DNA of 64,000 bases from Eledone cirrhosa (lineage: Eukaryota), in assembly GCA_964016885.1 (NCBI GenBank), contig OZ024760.1, positions 33,046,001 through 33,110,000 of the forward strand. The letters run 5' to 3'. A program made the position numbers and the translations under genes. Within the stretch, counting starts at the first letter, position 1. Every line of letters begins with the position of its first letter. Shown here one piece after another: positions 1 through 12,521 of this stretch. The notes below the pieces were generated by a model. That model made no database searches, had not been told where the DNA came from, and saw nothing but the letters and a program-made list of their open reading frames with translations.

Positions 1-194
1 AATTCTTTTCAGAATTCATTGACCTGCGCATGTATTGTTTTTTGGCGGTAGTCTCCTTTCTCCTATTTTCGAGACAGTGTGAGATTTTCTTTAGAACTGC
101 TGGACTAACAACCTAGCATCTCCCTCAAGCACTGATGGTGATTATCGCTAAATATTGATGTTGATTTGGTTATCAATATTAATATTATTGGGCA

Positions 195-317
195 CCCACT
201 GAAGAATTATAAGAGCCCACTTGAATAAGTATCTGTTGATCTTATACAAGCTTCTACATAAATTGGTATAATTTCACCCAACTTGTAGAAATCTTATAAT
301 GAAACGAGTCGTCTGGG
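195..317 (+). ncRNA. Type-I hammerhead ribozyme motif with ~95-nt extended stem II
   Basis: Stem I CCCA(195-198)/TGGG(314-317); core CTGAAGA 199-205; stem II ATTATAAGA(206-214)/TCTTATAAT(292-300) with internal helix TTCTACA/TGTAGAA; GAAA 301-304; stem III ACGA-G-TCGT; GTC cleavage triplet 311-313. Confidence 0.8.
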
Positions 318-509
318 AAGAGATATATTTGATATATCTCATATGAAATGATACAGCCAATTTTCCACACAATACAATTAGTTAGCACCCCGAACGTTTA
401 ATTAGGAATATACTCAGGTATTTCCTAATGTTTGTTGAGTGAGTTGGAATTTGGCTGGAGTATCGCTATTAGCTTTCTCCGATTATGTATTTATATATAT
501 ATATATTCA

Positions 510-565
<56 letters not shown>

Positions 566-1007
566 GATATATAGTTGATATAGTTGTTATATAGTAAGGT
601 GCATTATTGGTTGTGTAAATTCGTCCAATAACTTTATGTTAGCAATATTAAGTTCTCCACGCTTTTGTATATCTCCAATTCCATTCAAGGGAACAGCTAG
701 ATGATGTAAAACGGAGTATAGTATCAAAATATGTATATACTTTTCTTTGACCTCGAGCCGGTGTATGTCGGTGTGGAATGTGTGTGTACCCACTCACATT
801 AACTGTGACTGACTGTATCCCTACAGATTTGATTGATGTCCAGCGTCTTTTGCAGCGATAGAAATCTGAAAACTTTTATGACTTCAACTGAAGTTAATAG
901 CAGTCGCCGTGTCTCTGACTGGTGTGTCTCCATATGAGGGAATGAATTCTGTGAGAGAACATCGTTATTTTTCTCCCTCATATCAAGAATTTGAAGACAA
1001 TTCATTT

Positions 1008-1081
1008 TCACCTGCTGAGATCAGTGATAATCGATCATGGCTTCACAATCGATCTATCTCTTATTGAAAAATGTGTCGTGA
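1008..1081 (+). ncRNA. Degenerate hammerhead motif (core CTGCTGA), probably inactive
   Basis: TCAC/GTGA stem I; CTGCTGA instead of CTGANGA; imperfect stem II GATCAGTGATA/TATCTCTTATT; GAAA 1066-1069; GTC triplet; stem III disrupted. Confidence 0.45.
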
Positions 1082-1122
1082 TTAAATGATTGGAATTTTA
1101 CCTTGTCTTCGGATTTTCATTT

Positions 1123-1824
<702 letters not shown>

Positions 1825-1906
1825 TAATAATAAATTTCAAGACTAAAATCCAAAGAGGGCTCGATAAGGATAAATATATATCAAATATATAAGAACCGTA
1901 GAGCAA

Positions 1907-2035
1907 ATATTTATTAAAATAACAGATTAAAGTTTAAGCAAAGAATCGCTGCTTTCACCCTTAACGGGATCTTCTGAAGATCCCGTTAAGGGTGAAAGCA
2001 GCGATTCTTTGCTTAAACTTTAATCTGTTATTTTA

Positions 2036-2043
<8 letters not shown>
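1907..2043. repeat. Perfect fold-back palindrome centred on a truncated hammerhead core
   Basis: 68-bp arms around T1975. The right arm reads CTGAAGA-TCCC-GTTAA-GGGT-GAAA, but the 5' strand of stem I is missing and the cleavage triplet is altered. Abuts (TA)n. Confidence 0.85.
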
Positions 2044-2091
<48 letters not shown>

Positions 2092-2099
2092 ACACACAT

Positions 2100-2953
2100 T
2101 CTAAGACTAAAGTGTTGATAAGCAGAAAAGAGGGCAAGACTCTGATTTCATCAGGGAAATATGGCCATGTTCGATATATAGAAAAGGAATTGGAATAAAT
2201 TCTATAGAATGTACACAATGTAGATCTTGGGTACACAAGAGATGTAGTGGGATAGCAAGCAAACTAACAGGTAGGGAAAACTACATATGCAGTAGATGTA
2301 CAGGGAAATTTGGTACTAGAGGTCGCATTGATAGACACATTTTTCAAATGCAGGAGGGTGCTATAGAAGTGGTGGATAGCTTCCGATATCTAGTTGATCA
2401 GATTAGCATGGGAGGGGGGGGGGTGATCAGAGGCCATAGTATCTAGAATAAGGGAGGGAGCTGCTTCCTCTGCTGACAAAGAAGGGTTACTCCTGTGTAC
2501 GAATGGACGGTTATATGATGCCTGTGTGAGATGTGTGATGCTGCATGGTAGTGAGACATGGGCAGCAACTGCGGAGAATATGTGACGGCCGGAGATAAAT
2601 GAAGCAAGGATGCTCCGTTGGATGTGAACGACCACGCATAGACGAATTGAGAGAGTAACTGTGTATAAGAGGGATAAGCTGTAGTGTGTGGGAGAGAAGA
2701 ATGAGATAGTGTGGACATGTGATGCGCATAGAGGATGACCGCTGGGTAAAGAAGTGCCAATAAGTCCCAGTGGAAGGAAGACAAAAAAAATCATGAGTGG
2801 AGGTGGTGAGAGCAGACTTCAGATCGCTGAAGCTCACCGAAGATATGACGAAAGACCGTGACAAGTGGAGAGATGCTGTGCTGAATAGGACCCATCCCAC
2901 CCTTGCAAGCAGAGAAAAGCGGACGTAAAATGATGATGATGATGATGACGACG

Positions 2954-2955
<2 letters not shown>
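2100..2955 (+). mobile_element. Degraded 5'-truncated RTE-clade LINE fragment
   Basis: Frameshifted peptides such as KTKVLISRKEG, WVHKRCSGI and GRLYDACVR..MLHGSETW are homologous to the adjacent RTE ORF; ends in a (GAT)n tail at ~2930-2955. Confidence 0.85.
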
Positions 2956-2982
<27 letters not shown>

Positions 2983-2984
<2 letters not shown>

Positions 2985-5900
2985 CCCTCCCCCCCTCTTT
3001 GTTTCGGCCGCGGATGGCCAACATAACCCCAAACTCATCCCCCTCACCCCTCCCTGCGCCCCATCCTCCAAACACAATCCAAAACTTCAGAGTTGGTACC
3101 ATGAACGTAGGCACCTTAAAAGGCCGCTCTAACGAGGTTGTAGAATTGCTTGAACGTAAAGAGGTTGATGTTTGCTGTATCCAAGAGACCAGGTGGAGGG
3201 GCGGGTCTGCTAGATTCATTGTGGGTAAAAAACGTTGCTATAAGCTTTTCTGGGTGGGAAATGACAATGGGATAGGTGGGGTAGGAATCATGTTAGCAGA
3301 AAAATGGGTGGATAAGATAAAAGATGTAAATAGAGTGAATGACAGAATAATTAAAATAAGACTTGTTCTAAACAGAACTACTGTGACAGTAATATCTGCA
3401 TACGCGCCCCAATTCGGACTGCCTGGCGCTATAAAAGACAGATTCTATGAGACACTGATGCTCACTACCTCCCAAATAACCGACAGTGACTATATAATTA
3501 TTGCTGGCGACCTAAATGGCCACGTTGGACAACATTGTGACGGCTATGACGGAATCCACGGAGGCTATGGGTTTGGTACTAGAAACGAAGAAGGCTCCAG
3601 AATCCTGGAATTCTGTGATTCAAACAACCTAACTATCTGTAACACTAACTTCAAAAAACGAGACAATCACTTGATCACCTACAGATCAGGGGAACATACA
3701 AGCCAGGTAGATTATATCCTTACCAGAAGACGTGACAGAGTGTCTGTTGTTAACACTAAATCCCTCCCCCATGAAGAATGCACCTCCCAACATAGACTGA
3801 TAATTAGTGACCTCATAGTCAGGACGAGACGTACTAGACAGCAGAAGAGGACTATCCTCAGGAGAAAAATATGGAAGCTAAAGGATCCCACAGCCAGAAA
3901 TAAATTTCAAAGCATATTACTTGATGCTTTCGACAGTAAGGAAGAGCAATTAGAGTCGTACAAGGTAGAGGAACAGTGGGAATTCCTGAAAGCAAACCTG
4001 CTGATGGCGGCAGACGAAGTCTGTGGCTGGAGCAGGCCTGTAGGCAGGAGGAGAGTAACATGGTGGTGGAAGAGTAAGGTGGAGGGGTCAATCAAGGCCA
4101 AAAAGCAGGCTTGGAAAGCATGGCGGGATGGGGGAAGTAGAGAAGACTATCAAGTGGCCAGGAGGGAAGCTAGGAGACAAGTGTACTTCGCAAGAAGGAA
4201 AGCAGAGGAAAGAAAGTTCAAGCATGTTCTACAACGCGAGGACCAAAAACGTGAGGTGTTCAGGATTGCTAGGCAATGTGTCAAGGAAAACCGTGATATT
4301 GTCGGGGAGAAGTGTGTACTTAACGATGATGGCGTACTTGCCATCACTGACGCTGATAAGAAGGTAGCTTGGAAGTGTCACTACGAAAGGCTACTAAATG
4401 AGGAAAATAAATGGCAGAAAGACAGTCTCCCCCACATCGACCCAATAGAGGGACCAGCAGTGTTAGTCGAAGGTAGTATAATAAGTAAGGCAATCAAAGA
4501 TATGAAGAGGGGTAAGGCGGCTGGGCCTTCGGAAATAGTTGCTGAGATGCTGAAAGCCTCTGGAACGGTGGGACACACCATGGTCACCCGGATAGTAAAC
4601 CAAGTCATACAGAATGGGGTTGTTCCGAAGGACTGGCGTAGCAGCAGCATCGTTAACTGTTACAAGGGTAAAGGAGACGCCCTAGATAGGAGTAACTATA
4701 GAGGCATTAAATTAATCGACCAGGTCATGAAGGTCACGGAAAAAGTAATAGCGCAACTAATCAGAGAGAGAATTGATCTAGATGAAATGCAGTTCGGGTT
4801 TGTGTCAGGCAAAAGTACCACAGACGCTCTTTTCATTGTACGACAACTACAGGAGGAAGTACCTAGCTAAAAGTAAACCCCTATACTTAGCTTTTGTCGA
4901 CTTGGAGAAAGCCTTCGACAGAGTCCCCCGTTCCATTATCTGGTGGGCTCTTAGAAAACTAGGTGTCGACGAATGGCTTGTGAGAGCTATACAAGCCATG
5001 TATAAAGAAACAGTCATAAAGGTTAGAATTAACAACGAATATAGTGAAGAGTTTAGCGTAAAAGTTGGTGTCCATTAGGGCTCTGTTCTTAGCCCCCTAC
5101 TATTTATTATTGCCCTTCAGGCTATAACAGAGGAGTTCAAGACCGGCTGCCCATGGGAACTCCTATACGCAGATGATCTAACGCTCATATCTGAATCAAT
5201 GGCCGAGCTAGAGAAGAAATTCCAAACATGGAAGCACGGCCTAGAATCAAAAGGCCTTAATATTAACCTGGCTAAGACTAAAGTTCTAGTTTGTAGGAAA
5301 GAAAATAAGGCGCCGGTCCCTTCCGGGAAAGGCGTAGGTAGAAACTCCATTTTATGTCTCAAATGCAAAGTATGGGTGCATAAAATATGTAGTGGGATCA
5401 CAGGTAAGCTAACTAAGAACACAGATTTTACATGTGGCCGGTGCTCTGGTGCAATAAGTAGCAGCAAGTGCCCACAAAATACTAGCTCTTTCAATTGCGC
5501 AGAGGGTTCTATAGAAATAGTGGACAGCTTCCGTTACCTGGGTGACAAAATCAGCAGTGGGGGAGGGTGCTCTGAAAGTACAGTAGCTAGAGTCAGAACT
5601 GGATGGAAAAAGTTCAGAGAGCTTATACCACTATTAGCCGCTAAAGGGTTCTCCCTAAAAATGAAAGGCAGGTTGTATGATGCCTGCATACGAACAGCAA
5701 TGTTGCATGGCAGTGAGACCTGGGCATTGTGTGCAGAGGATATACGCAGATTAGAGAGGAACGAAGCTTGCATGCTCCGCTGGATGTGTAATAGTAATAT
5801 ACGTGAACGGCAAATCATAAACGAACTAAGGAAAAAATTAGAAATAAGAGGGATCAGATGTTGTTTACTCAAGAGAAGGCTACGTTGGTATGGTCACGTG

Positions 5901-6612
5901 ATGCGCATGAAAGACGACAGCTGTATAACAAAGTGCAGGGCAATAAAGATAGATGGTAGCCACGGAGTAGGCAGACCCAGAAAAACCTGGGACGAGCTGA
6001 TAAATTCCGACCTCACACACTTACACCTCTCCAAGACAATGTCACTAGACCGAGACCTTTAGCGGTACTCATTAATAGAGAAGACCCGCCTTACGCCGCC
6101 TTACCTAAATACAAAGTAAACCATACTACAGTCAGTAGGCATCTCTAACAAAATACACCCCCGTCCCACCACCCACACCCTATCCACACCGCCCCTTTCA
6201 ATGTAAAGTTATGTTGCCACAACATCCAGGCCGAAACAAATGAGATCGTGTAGGTGTCACGACAAAAAACACACAGTCCACGCTGTAATGTGGCCGTGTA
6301 GGCAACACGGTAAAAACCTCCCAGTCCTACACTGTAAATGTGGTTGGTGTTAGGAAGGGCATCCAGCTGTAGAAAACCTGCCAGACAGACCACGCTGTAA
6401 TGTGGCCGTGTAGGCAACACGGTAAAAACCTCCCAGCCCCACACTGTAAATGTGGTTGGTGTTAGGAAGGGCATCCAGCTGTAGAAAACCCGCCAGACAG
6501 TCCTATGCGAGCAAGACAACCACTCTTGCCTCAAGTGGGAAAAATCCCGTCCAAACCCATGCAAGCGTGGAACAGGGACGTTAAACGATGATGATGATGA
6601 TGATGATGATGA
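2983..6612 (+). mobile_element. Near full-length RTE-clade LINE (APE endonuclease + RT), inactivated
   Basis: APE motifs GTMNVGTL, CIQETRW, GDLNGHVG, SQVDYIL, SQHRLII; RT motifs NYRGIKL, FVDLEKAFDRV, LYADDL; 3'UTR with ~113-bp tandem duplication (6278-6500); (GAT)n tail; follows a (TA)n tract. Confidence 0.95.
3014..6062 (+). pseudogene. RTE endonuclease-reverse transcriptase ORF, disrupted
   Basis: ATG at 3014; frameshift near 4855; TAG at 5076-5078 inside the GVHQGS motif; TAG at 6060-6062 where the copy near 62390 has TGG. Confidence 0.9.
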
Positions 6613-7057
6613 TATTAATAAGAGGAATTCCAACTTTGTCTGATTTACTCGTTTTATTTACAATCCTTTAAAATTTATAAAGGTATTATAATGAAATTTA
6701 TAATGGTATTATAATGAAATAGTATAATGAAATAGTATGATAGAATATTAAATGTTAAGTGTTAATTGAACAAGTACTTTCATGCTTTCGCAATCTTCAG
6801 GTTCATAATGTGTGGTGACAGTCAAGTTTGCAATTTTCAACTTTCAATTTTCAATTTTCAACAGTTGAAAATTGCAAACTTGACTGTCACCACACATTAT
6901 GAACCTGAAGATTGCGAAAGCATGAAAGTACTTGTTCAATTAACACTTAACATTTAATATTCTACCATACTATTTCATTATAATACCATTATAAATTTTA
7001 AAGGATTGTAAATAAAACGAGTAAATCAGACAAAGTTGGAAGTCCTCTTATTAATAT
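6612..7057. repeat. Fold-back inverted repeat (~200-bp arms) carrying mirrored hammerheads; Penelope-like terminus remnant
   Basis: ATTAATAAGAGGAATTCCAAC... mirrored by ...GTTGGAAGTCCTCTTATTAAT; centre near 6860. Confidence 0.9.
6900..6938 (+). ncRNA. Minimal type-I hammerhead ribozyme (mirror copy on - strand at ~6767-6805)
   Basis: TGAAC-CTGAAGA-TTGC-GAAA-GCAT-GAAA-GTAC-TT-GTTCA: stem I TGAAC/GTTCA; stem II with GAAA tetraloop and U.U closing pair; palindromic stem III AGTACT; CTT triplet. Confidence 0.8.
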
Positions 7058-7090
7058 AATCTTCTATACACAATCATACACACCCGTGTA

Positions 7091-7153
<63 letters not shown>

Positions 7154-7154
7154 A

Positions 7155-7223
<69 letters not shown>

Positions 7224-7517
7224 ATAGATATATATTGATAGATATACATACAAATATAAGAAAAAAAGGAAAGAAAAGAAAAGTAAAACTTGAGATGAGA
7301 TGTTTTCAGACATCTTTTTGTAGGAGATATCCACTACTGAAGTCAGGATACCTTATCAAGACATACTGGAGTTGACAAGGAAGACCTCCAGACCTTGATG
7401 GAGCAACAGAGAGTGTTGATGTGAAGTTGTGTTTGCTGTCTCAGCTAAGGGCCATGGAAAATGTAAGGATAAATTAAAAGAGAAACAAGAACTCAATATT
7501 AATCAATTTTTACTCAC

Positions 7518-7855
7518 CTGTTGCGGACCTGTATTGCTGGGTTGTACAAGAAAGCGAGGATCAATGTCATGCTTCATTCTCACATCTTCTTCAAGCCTGT
7601 CCATATCATTGTTCCATTTTGGTACAGGCCAAATGTACGGTGACAAACATGCTCTCAGAAGCATTATGTACATTTTTATGACGTCTTTACGAGTTGAACA
7701 CGTCTTCAAAAGAATTATTCTAACGAGACGTGGCATGTTATCATATAGGTCTCTATGGCTGTTGATTATGAAATTTCCTTTCATATTCTCAAGGTGCAAA
7801 AATACAATGGCTGTATAGAAGACTCCTTCCCGGGTATTGAACTTGCCCTTACTGG
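7518..7855 (-). CDS. Predicted host gene exon 4 (hypothetical protein)
   Basis: Acceptor ttctaattcag, donor CAG|GTGAGT; 338 nt open (A)SKGKFNTREG...VQPSNTGPQQ; phase-1 start matches the exon 3 end. Confidence 0.8.
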
Positions 7856-7897
7856 CTGAATTAGAATGAAATATATATATATAATATATATAAATAT

Positions 7898-7929
<32 letters not shown>

Positions 7930-8512
7930 TAATTCAAAGGGATATATGTATATAATTAGACATAGTCACAGATACATATATGAATGTGGCTACCTTTCAC
8001 GTTGTGGCTCAATGAAGAATTAATTAAGCAAATAATTATTAATCAGAGCTATATATAAAATTGCAAGTTGGAAGAATTATTAGATAAAATATATACAGTC
8101 TTTCCTCTCCCTAGTCCGTAGAAATCAACCATATAAATAATCATTTAAACGAGGCTATGAGTTTAAAATGTAACTATGAAGAAATAATAGACAAATGATA
8201 CAGACTATCTTCCACGAGGGACAGCAAGATAAAATTTGTCTAGTCATTCCTTTTAGCCCGTAGAAATTAACTAGACAAATAATTAACTACACGGAGTTAG
8301 GTATAAAATATAAGTTAGAAGAACAAATGCATATAAACTTTACCAAAATTCCTCTAGTCTCGACTACCGGTAGTTTAGTTCCTTTTCTGCGGATATACCC
8401 GATCTTTGATTCATCCACGAGGCTTGGAACTCACCAAGAGACACCTCGAGGGAGAGGAAATACTGTATATATTTTATCTAATAATTCATCAAACTTACAA
8501 TTTTATATATAT

Positions 8513-8555
8513 ACGTTGCTGACGATAGCTAATAAGCTTGAAACTAGTACAGCGT
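8513..8555 (+). ncRNA. Minimal type-I hammerhead ribozyme
   Basis: ACGTTG-CTGACGA-TAGCT-AATA-AGCTT-GAAA-CTAG-TA-CAGCGT: 6-bp stem I; stem II with U.U closing pair; palindromic stem III ACTAGT; GTA triplet. Confidence 0.85.
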
Positions 8556-8818
8556 TCCTTTGTCAGTGTTGAACAAACGAGCAACGATGGTTGCTGGACA
8601 CTACGGCTTAATACGGGATGTTTGTTTACAAACACACCGAGCATTATATTAAATGTTCGGTGAATCCATACGTACATATATATATGTGTGCATGTATGTA
8701 TATATATATATACATACTACTGTGCGTCTGTATACATATATGTATGTATGTGTACATACTTATATTTAAGTAACAGCCGTACTAAGAGTGGGAAATGAAA
8801 TTTCGTTTCATTTTTTCC

Positions 8819-8923
<105 letters not shown>

Positions 8924-9065
8924 ATATATATATATTTATACATATAAATATATATATATATAAATATAGATTTTGAGTATATGTTGGTTGTATACCAACA
9001 CCTCAGTATGCAGGCTGGAGCACTCGACGAAGTGCGCAGGTTGGTTTGGTTACTCTGGAGTAATG

Positions 9066-9318
9066 TAAAATAAAGTTAAATAAAAAATCAAATGTTTAAA
9101 ATTTAACTTCGTTTATTATAACAACCCAACCAGGAACTGGGCATATCAGAGTATTGACAATATTATACACCTCAACAACATATGTACTTGTCTATACCAC
9201 ACTAATTCGGACTGCCTGAAGAGGTCACAGCCAAAGATGGCTGTCACTGAAATATATATAGCAGCAATAAACGAAACTAAATTTTAAACATTTGACTTTT
9301 TATTTAACTTTATTTTAT
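9066..9318. repeat. Inverted repeat (~53-bp arms) enclosing a hammerhead
   Basis: GTAAAATAAAGTTAAATAAAAAATCAAATGTTTAAAATT mirrored at ~9267-9318; followed by TA-rich repeat. Confidence 0.8.
9212..9264 (+). ncRNA. Type-I hammerhead ribozyme
   Basis: CTGC-CTGAAGA-GGTCACAGCCA-AAGA-TGGCTGTCACT-GAAA-TATATA-TA-GCAG: 11-bp stem II with one mismatch; palindromic stem III; ATA triplet. Confidence 0.8.
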
Positions 9319-9337
9319 ATATAAATATATATATATT

Positions 9338-9397
<60 letters not shown>

Positions 9398-9399
<2 letters not shown>

Positions 9400-9555
9400 C
9401 GTCCGTTCTTCCATGCTAGCATGGGTTAGACGGGTTATCCTGTTGTGGGCAGTGACCGGTTGGATGACCATGCCTTGCTCATACGGGAACTGATTCTGGC
9501 TTGATTTCTACAGCTGGATGCCCTTCCTAACACCAACCTCATTTACAGTGAGTGC
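9398..9555 (-). mobile_element. RTE-related 3'-tail fragment (LINE end or RTE-tailed SINE)
   Basis: Reverse complement resembles RTE 3'UTR motifs GGTTGGTGTTAGGAAGGGCATCCAGCTGTAGAAA and AACCCATGC..GGACGT. Confidence 0.65.
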
Positions 9556-9590
9556 TTATATATATATTATATAAATAAATAAATAAATAT

Positions 9591-9846
9591 ATATATAATA
9601 ATTGAATATAAAAGAAAAACGAACACAGACATATACATATATGTGTTCAAATCGTAAGGGACCAGATTCGCTAAGGTGAAAAGAATACTAACTATAGACA
9701 ATAGGGTTTGCCTGACTCAATTAGGGCAAACCCTATTGTTTATAGTTAATATTCTTTTCACCTTAGCGAATCTGGTCCTTTACGATTTGAACACATATAT
9801 GTATATGTCTGTGTTCGTTTTTCTTTTATATTCAATTATTATATAT
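9591..9846. repeat. Near-perfect fold-back palindrome (~125-bp arms)
   Basis: ...CAATAGGGTTTGCC-tgactcaattag-GGCAAACCCTATTG...; TA-rich flanks; no intact HHR core seen. Confidence 0.9.
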
Positions 9847-9933
9847 GTCTGTGAGTGTGTGTATGTGTGTGCGTATGTGTGTGTGATACCCATTATTAAA
9901 CAGCTATGACCTCACAAACCAACACATACTCAA

Positions 9934-9966
<33 letters not shown>

Positions 9967-10150
9967 TTATATTATATTTAGAGTTATAAACTCAAACAGT
10001 CCTTTACAATTAATTAGCTCAAAGAGAGAAGCATATATATATATATATATATATATTTGAGTATGTGTTGGTTTGTGAGGTCATAGCTGTTTAATAATGG
10101 GTATCACACACACATACGCACACACATACACACACACACACTCACAGACA
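9847..10150. repeat. Inverted repeat pair (~90-bp arms)
   Basis: GATACCCATTATTAAACAGCTATGACCTCACAAACCAACACATACTCAAA mirrored at ~10057-10110. Confidence 0.85.
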
Positions 10151-10242
10151 CACATGCACGCACGCACACACACACAGACAGGACAAAAAAAGGGTGGGTG
10201 TGTAAAAAAGGGGCACGAGGTGTAGAAAAGTGTGCAGCTTAC

Positions 10243-10438
10243 CTCGTCTTTCTGAACCCTCATCTTCTGCTAAAGCGAAAAGAAAATCAGCATAAGTCCT
10301 CTTCCTGGAACGGAAACGGCGTTTCGCTGCTTGGCACACCTCCTCTTCAGTAACGCTCAGACATACAGACTTAATTATGGGATATAAGCGCTCAATATTA
10401 ACTTTCCAAAACGCAGAGACTGACATAAGTTCTTCACC
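10243..10438 (-). CDS. Predicted host gene exon 3 (hypothetical protein)
   Basis: Acceptor ttatttccattcag, donor GAG|GTAAGC; 196 nt GEELMSVSAFWK...EGSERR; phase 0 in, phase 1 out. Confidence 0.82.
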
Positions 10439-10474
10439 CTGAATGGAAATAACGGAAAATGTATTAATAATATA

Positions 10475-10552
10475 CAGGGTGTCTCCCAAAAATGTATACA
10501 CACTACAACAACATTCTAATAAAAGTGTGTATACATTTTTGGGGACACCCTG
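10475..10552. mobile_element. Tc1/mariner-type MITE (78 bp)
   Basis: TA|CAGGGTGTCTCCCAAAAATGTATACAC ... GTGTATACATTTTTGGGGACACCCTG|TA; TA target duplication. Confidence 0.8.
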
Positions 10553-10576
10553 TATATGTATCTATATATGTATGTA

Positions 10577-11204
10577 CAGGGTGTCCCCAAAAATGTATAC
10601 ATATTTCAACAGCAAAAAAAAATAAATTCATTAAAATAAATTCTGTTTTCTATGCATTATTTGGCAGTATCGGTAGAGGATCAGACGCCATGCTTTCTAA
10701 TATAGTTATGTCCCTTTATGATCTGAGTTCAAATCCCGCCGAGGTTAACTTTGCCTTTCCTCCTTACGGGGTCGATAAAATAAAGTACCAGTAATGTACT
10801 GTGTAATTGCTGGCCTTGTGCCAAAAAGTAGAAACAATTATTTAAATTATGTAAACATTTTGATGTGATGTATGTAAGGGCAGTAGAGCGTCGGACAACA
10901 TGCTTTATAGCATAGAGGTATGGCCCTTTAAGTTCTGAGTTCAAATCCTGGTAAGGTTAGCTTTGCGTTTCATCCTTATGGGATCAATAAAATTAAGTAC
11001 CAGTAATACACAGGGGGTTGATTTAATCGACTTTCCTCTTTTCAGAAATTGCTGGCCTTGTGCCTAAATCAGAAATCATTATTTAAATTATTTACCTACA
11101 TTTATGCCTGTAGATCATTTTATTTTTGGGAAAGGCTGAACATTCTAATAAATATTGCCTGTATAGGTTATAAAGATGTGCATACATTTTTTGGGGACAC
11201 CCTG
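10577..11204. mobile_element. Same MITE family interrupted by two SINE insertions (~10661-10845, ~10878-11085)
   Basis: TA|CAGGGTGTCCCCAAAAATGTATAC ... CATACATTTTTTGGGGACACCCTG|TA; internal SINEs with B-box GAGTTCAAATCC and ATTATT tails. Confidence 0.8.
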
Positions 11205-11299
11205 TATATATGTGTGTGTGTGACAGCTCACACCTATGCAGGTTTAGCTGGCCTCCTCCAAGGTATATCTCGTTGGAGGTGTCTCGGGTAATTTAATGA

Positions 11300-11462
11300 T
11301 AGGGCCCCAGTCCTATCATCTCATTTCTACAGCTGAGTAAACTGGAGCAATGTGAAATAAAGTGTCTTGCTCAAGGAAACAACACACCACCCGGTCTGAG
11401 AATTGAACTCAACCTTTCGATTGCAAGGCCAATGCTCTAATCACTAAGCCATGTGCCTTCAC
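11300..11462 (-). mobile_element. tRNA-derived CORE-like SINE
   Basis: Minus strand has A-box-like TGGCTTAGTGATTAGAGC, B-box-like GAGTTCAATTCTC and CORE-like CCTTGAGCAAGACACTT. Confidence 0.65.
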
Positions 11463-11486
11463 ACATATACATGACTGCAGATAATA

Positions 11487-11722
11487 ATGGTTTCTGATTT
11501 AGGCACAAAGCCAGCAATTTAGGGATGAAAGTAAAGTCAATCAAATTGCCCCCAGTGCATTACTGGTACTCTATTTTATCTACCCCGCAAGGATGAAAGG
11601 TAAAGCTAACTAACCTCAGTGGGATTTGAACTTAGAACGTCGTACCTCAGGGTCGTAACTCTATGCCGCAAAGCCTGGTGTTCGACGCTCTGCTGATTCT
11701 GCCAATCCACCGCCCTCTATGG
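11487..11722 (-). mobile_element. tRNA-type SINE (window's dominant family) with 13-bp TSD
   Basis: GGCGGTGGATTGGCAG head, GTTCAAATCC B-box, CTTTCATCCTT..GATAAAAT..AGTACCAG body; CTGCAGATAATAA duplicated on both sides. Confidence 0.8.
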
Positions 11723-11749
11723 CTGCAGATAATAAAAGATATTATTTAA

Positions 11750-11970
11750 CCCTTTAGCATTTACATTACTTTACTATTGTATTTTCATGGTAAAGGTTTT
11801 GCCGCACATAATCATCTTACATAATATGGAATCTACAAGATTTTGATGATGTTAGTATTTATTTTGAGAACAATACCTTAACATCGGTATGAGTGGCTGG
11901 TTATGGCTGGTTTGAACAGAAAGAGGTGAGAGAATTCTGGCCAGATATGGCCGGTTTAGATGCTAATAGG
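11750..11970. mobile_element. piggyBac-like MITE
   Basis: TTAA|CCCTTTAGCATTTA ... TAGATGCTAATAGG|TTAA: TTAA duplication and CCC-start TIR. Confidence 0.7.
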
Positions 11971-12089
11971 TTAATGTGTATTCTTATACAGAAACTATGT
12001 AATTTGATGCAATATTGATTCAAGCAGCATCAACACAACCTCGACTCATCTTCAACAGAAGAAATAGTTTATCATGAAATGACACTTAC

Positions 12090-12184
12090 TTTCCTGAGAC
12101 AGCTAACAGTTTCTGCTGCTAGTACCATGCACCAGGGTGGCAGGAAAGCTTCATTTTCGGTAACACTTCTTTGGAATTCCCTTT
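12090..12184 (-). CDS. Predicted host gene exon 2 (hypothetical protein)
   Basis: Acceptor tttactttgctag, donor AAA|GTAAGT; 95 nt (K)REFQRSVTENEAFLPPWCMVLAAETVSCLRK; phase 1 in, phase 0 out. Too short for the ORF track. Confidence 0.78.
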
Positions 12185-12284
12185 CTAGCAAAGTAAACAT
12201 AATAAACATAAAGTACCGGTAATGCACTGGGCTCAACTTTCCTCTTTCCCTAAATTTCTAGCCCTATCCTTTGCAGCAAAGAGT

Positions 12285-12521
12285 TACGGGCCTTTACGGT
12301 CTGAGTTCAAATCCCGCCGAGGTTAACTTTGCCTTTCATCCTTACGGGGTCGATAAAATAAAGCACCAGTAACGTACTGGGTCGATTTAATCGACCCCCC
12401 CCCCCCTCACATTATTGGTCAACTTGTGCCTATAGTAGAAATCATTATTATTATTATTATTATTGGGATAATTGCTGGCCTTGTGCAAAAAGTAGAAACA
12501 ATTATTATTATTATTATTATT
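12285..12521 (+). mobile_element. SINE fragments with (ATT)n tails
   Basis: GAGTTCAAATCCCGCCGAGGTTAACTTTGCCTTTCATCC body; two tails ending GAAA(T/C)(C/A)ATTATTATT. Confidence 0.8.

Noticed and set aside
799-1011. Possible terminal exon of the host gene (CAG|GTGAAAATG, phase 0)
   Set aside because: No polypyrimidine tract, and it overlaps a decayed HHR-bearing repeat; cannot be supported without transcripts.
2903-3013. N-terminal extension of the 655-aa RTE ORF (MMMMMMTTIYIYI)
   Set aside because: Read-through of the preceding element's (GAT)n tail and a (TA)n tract; the plausible start is ATG 3014.
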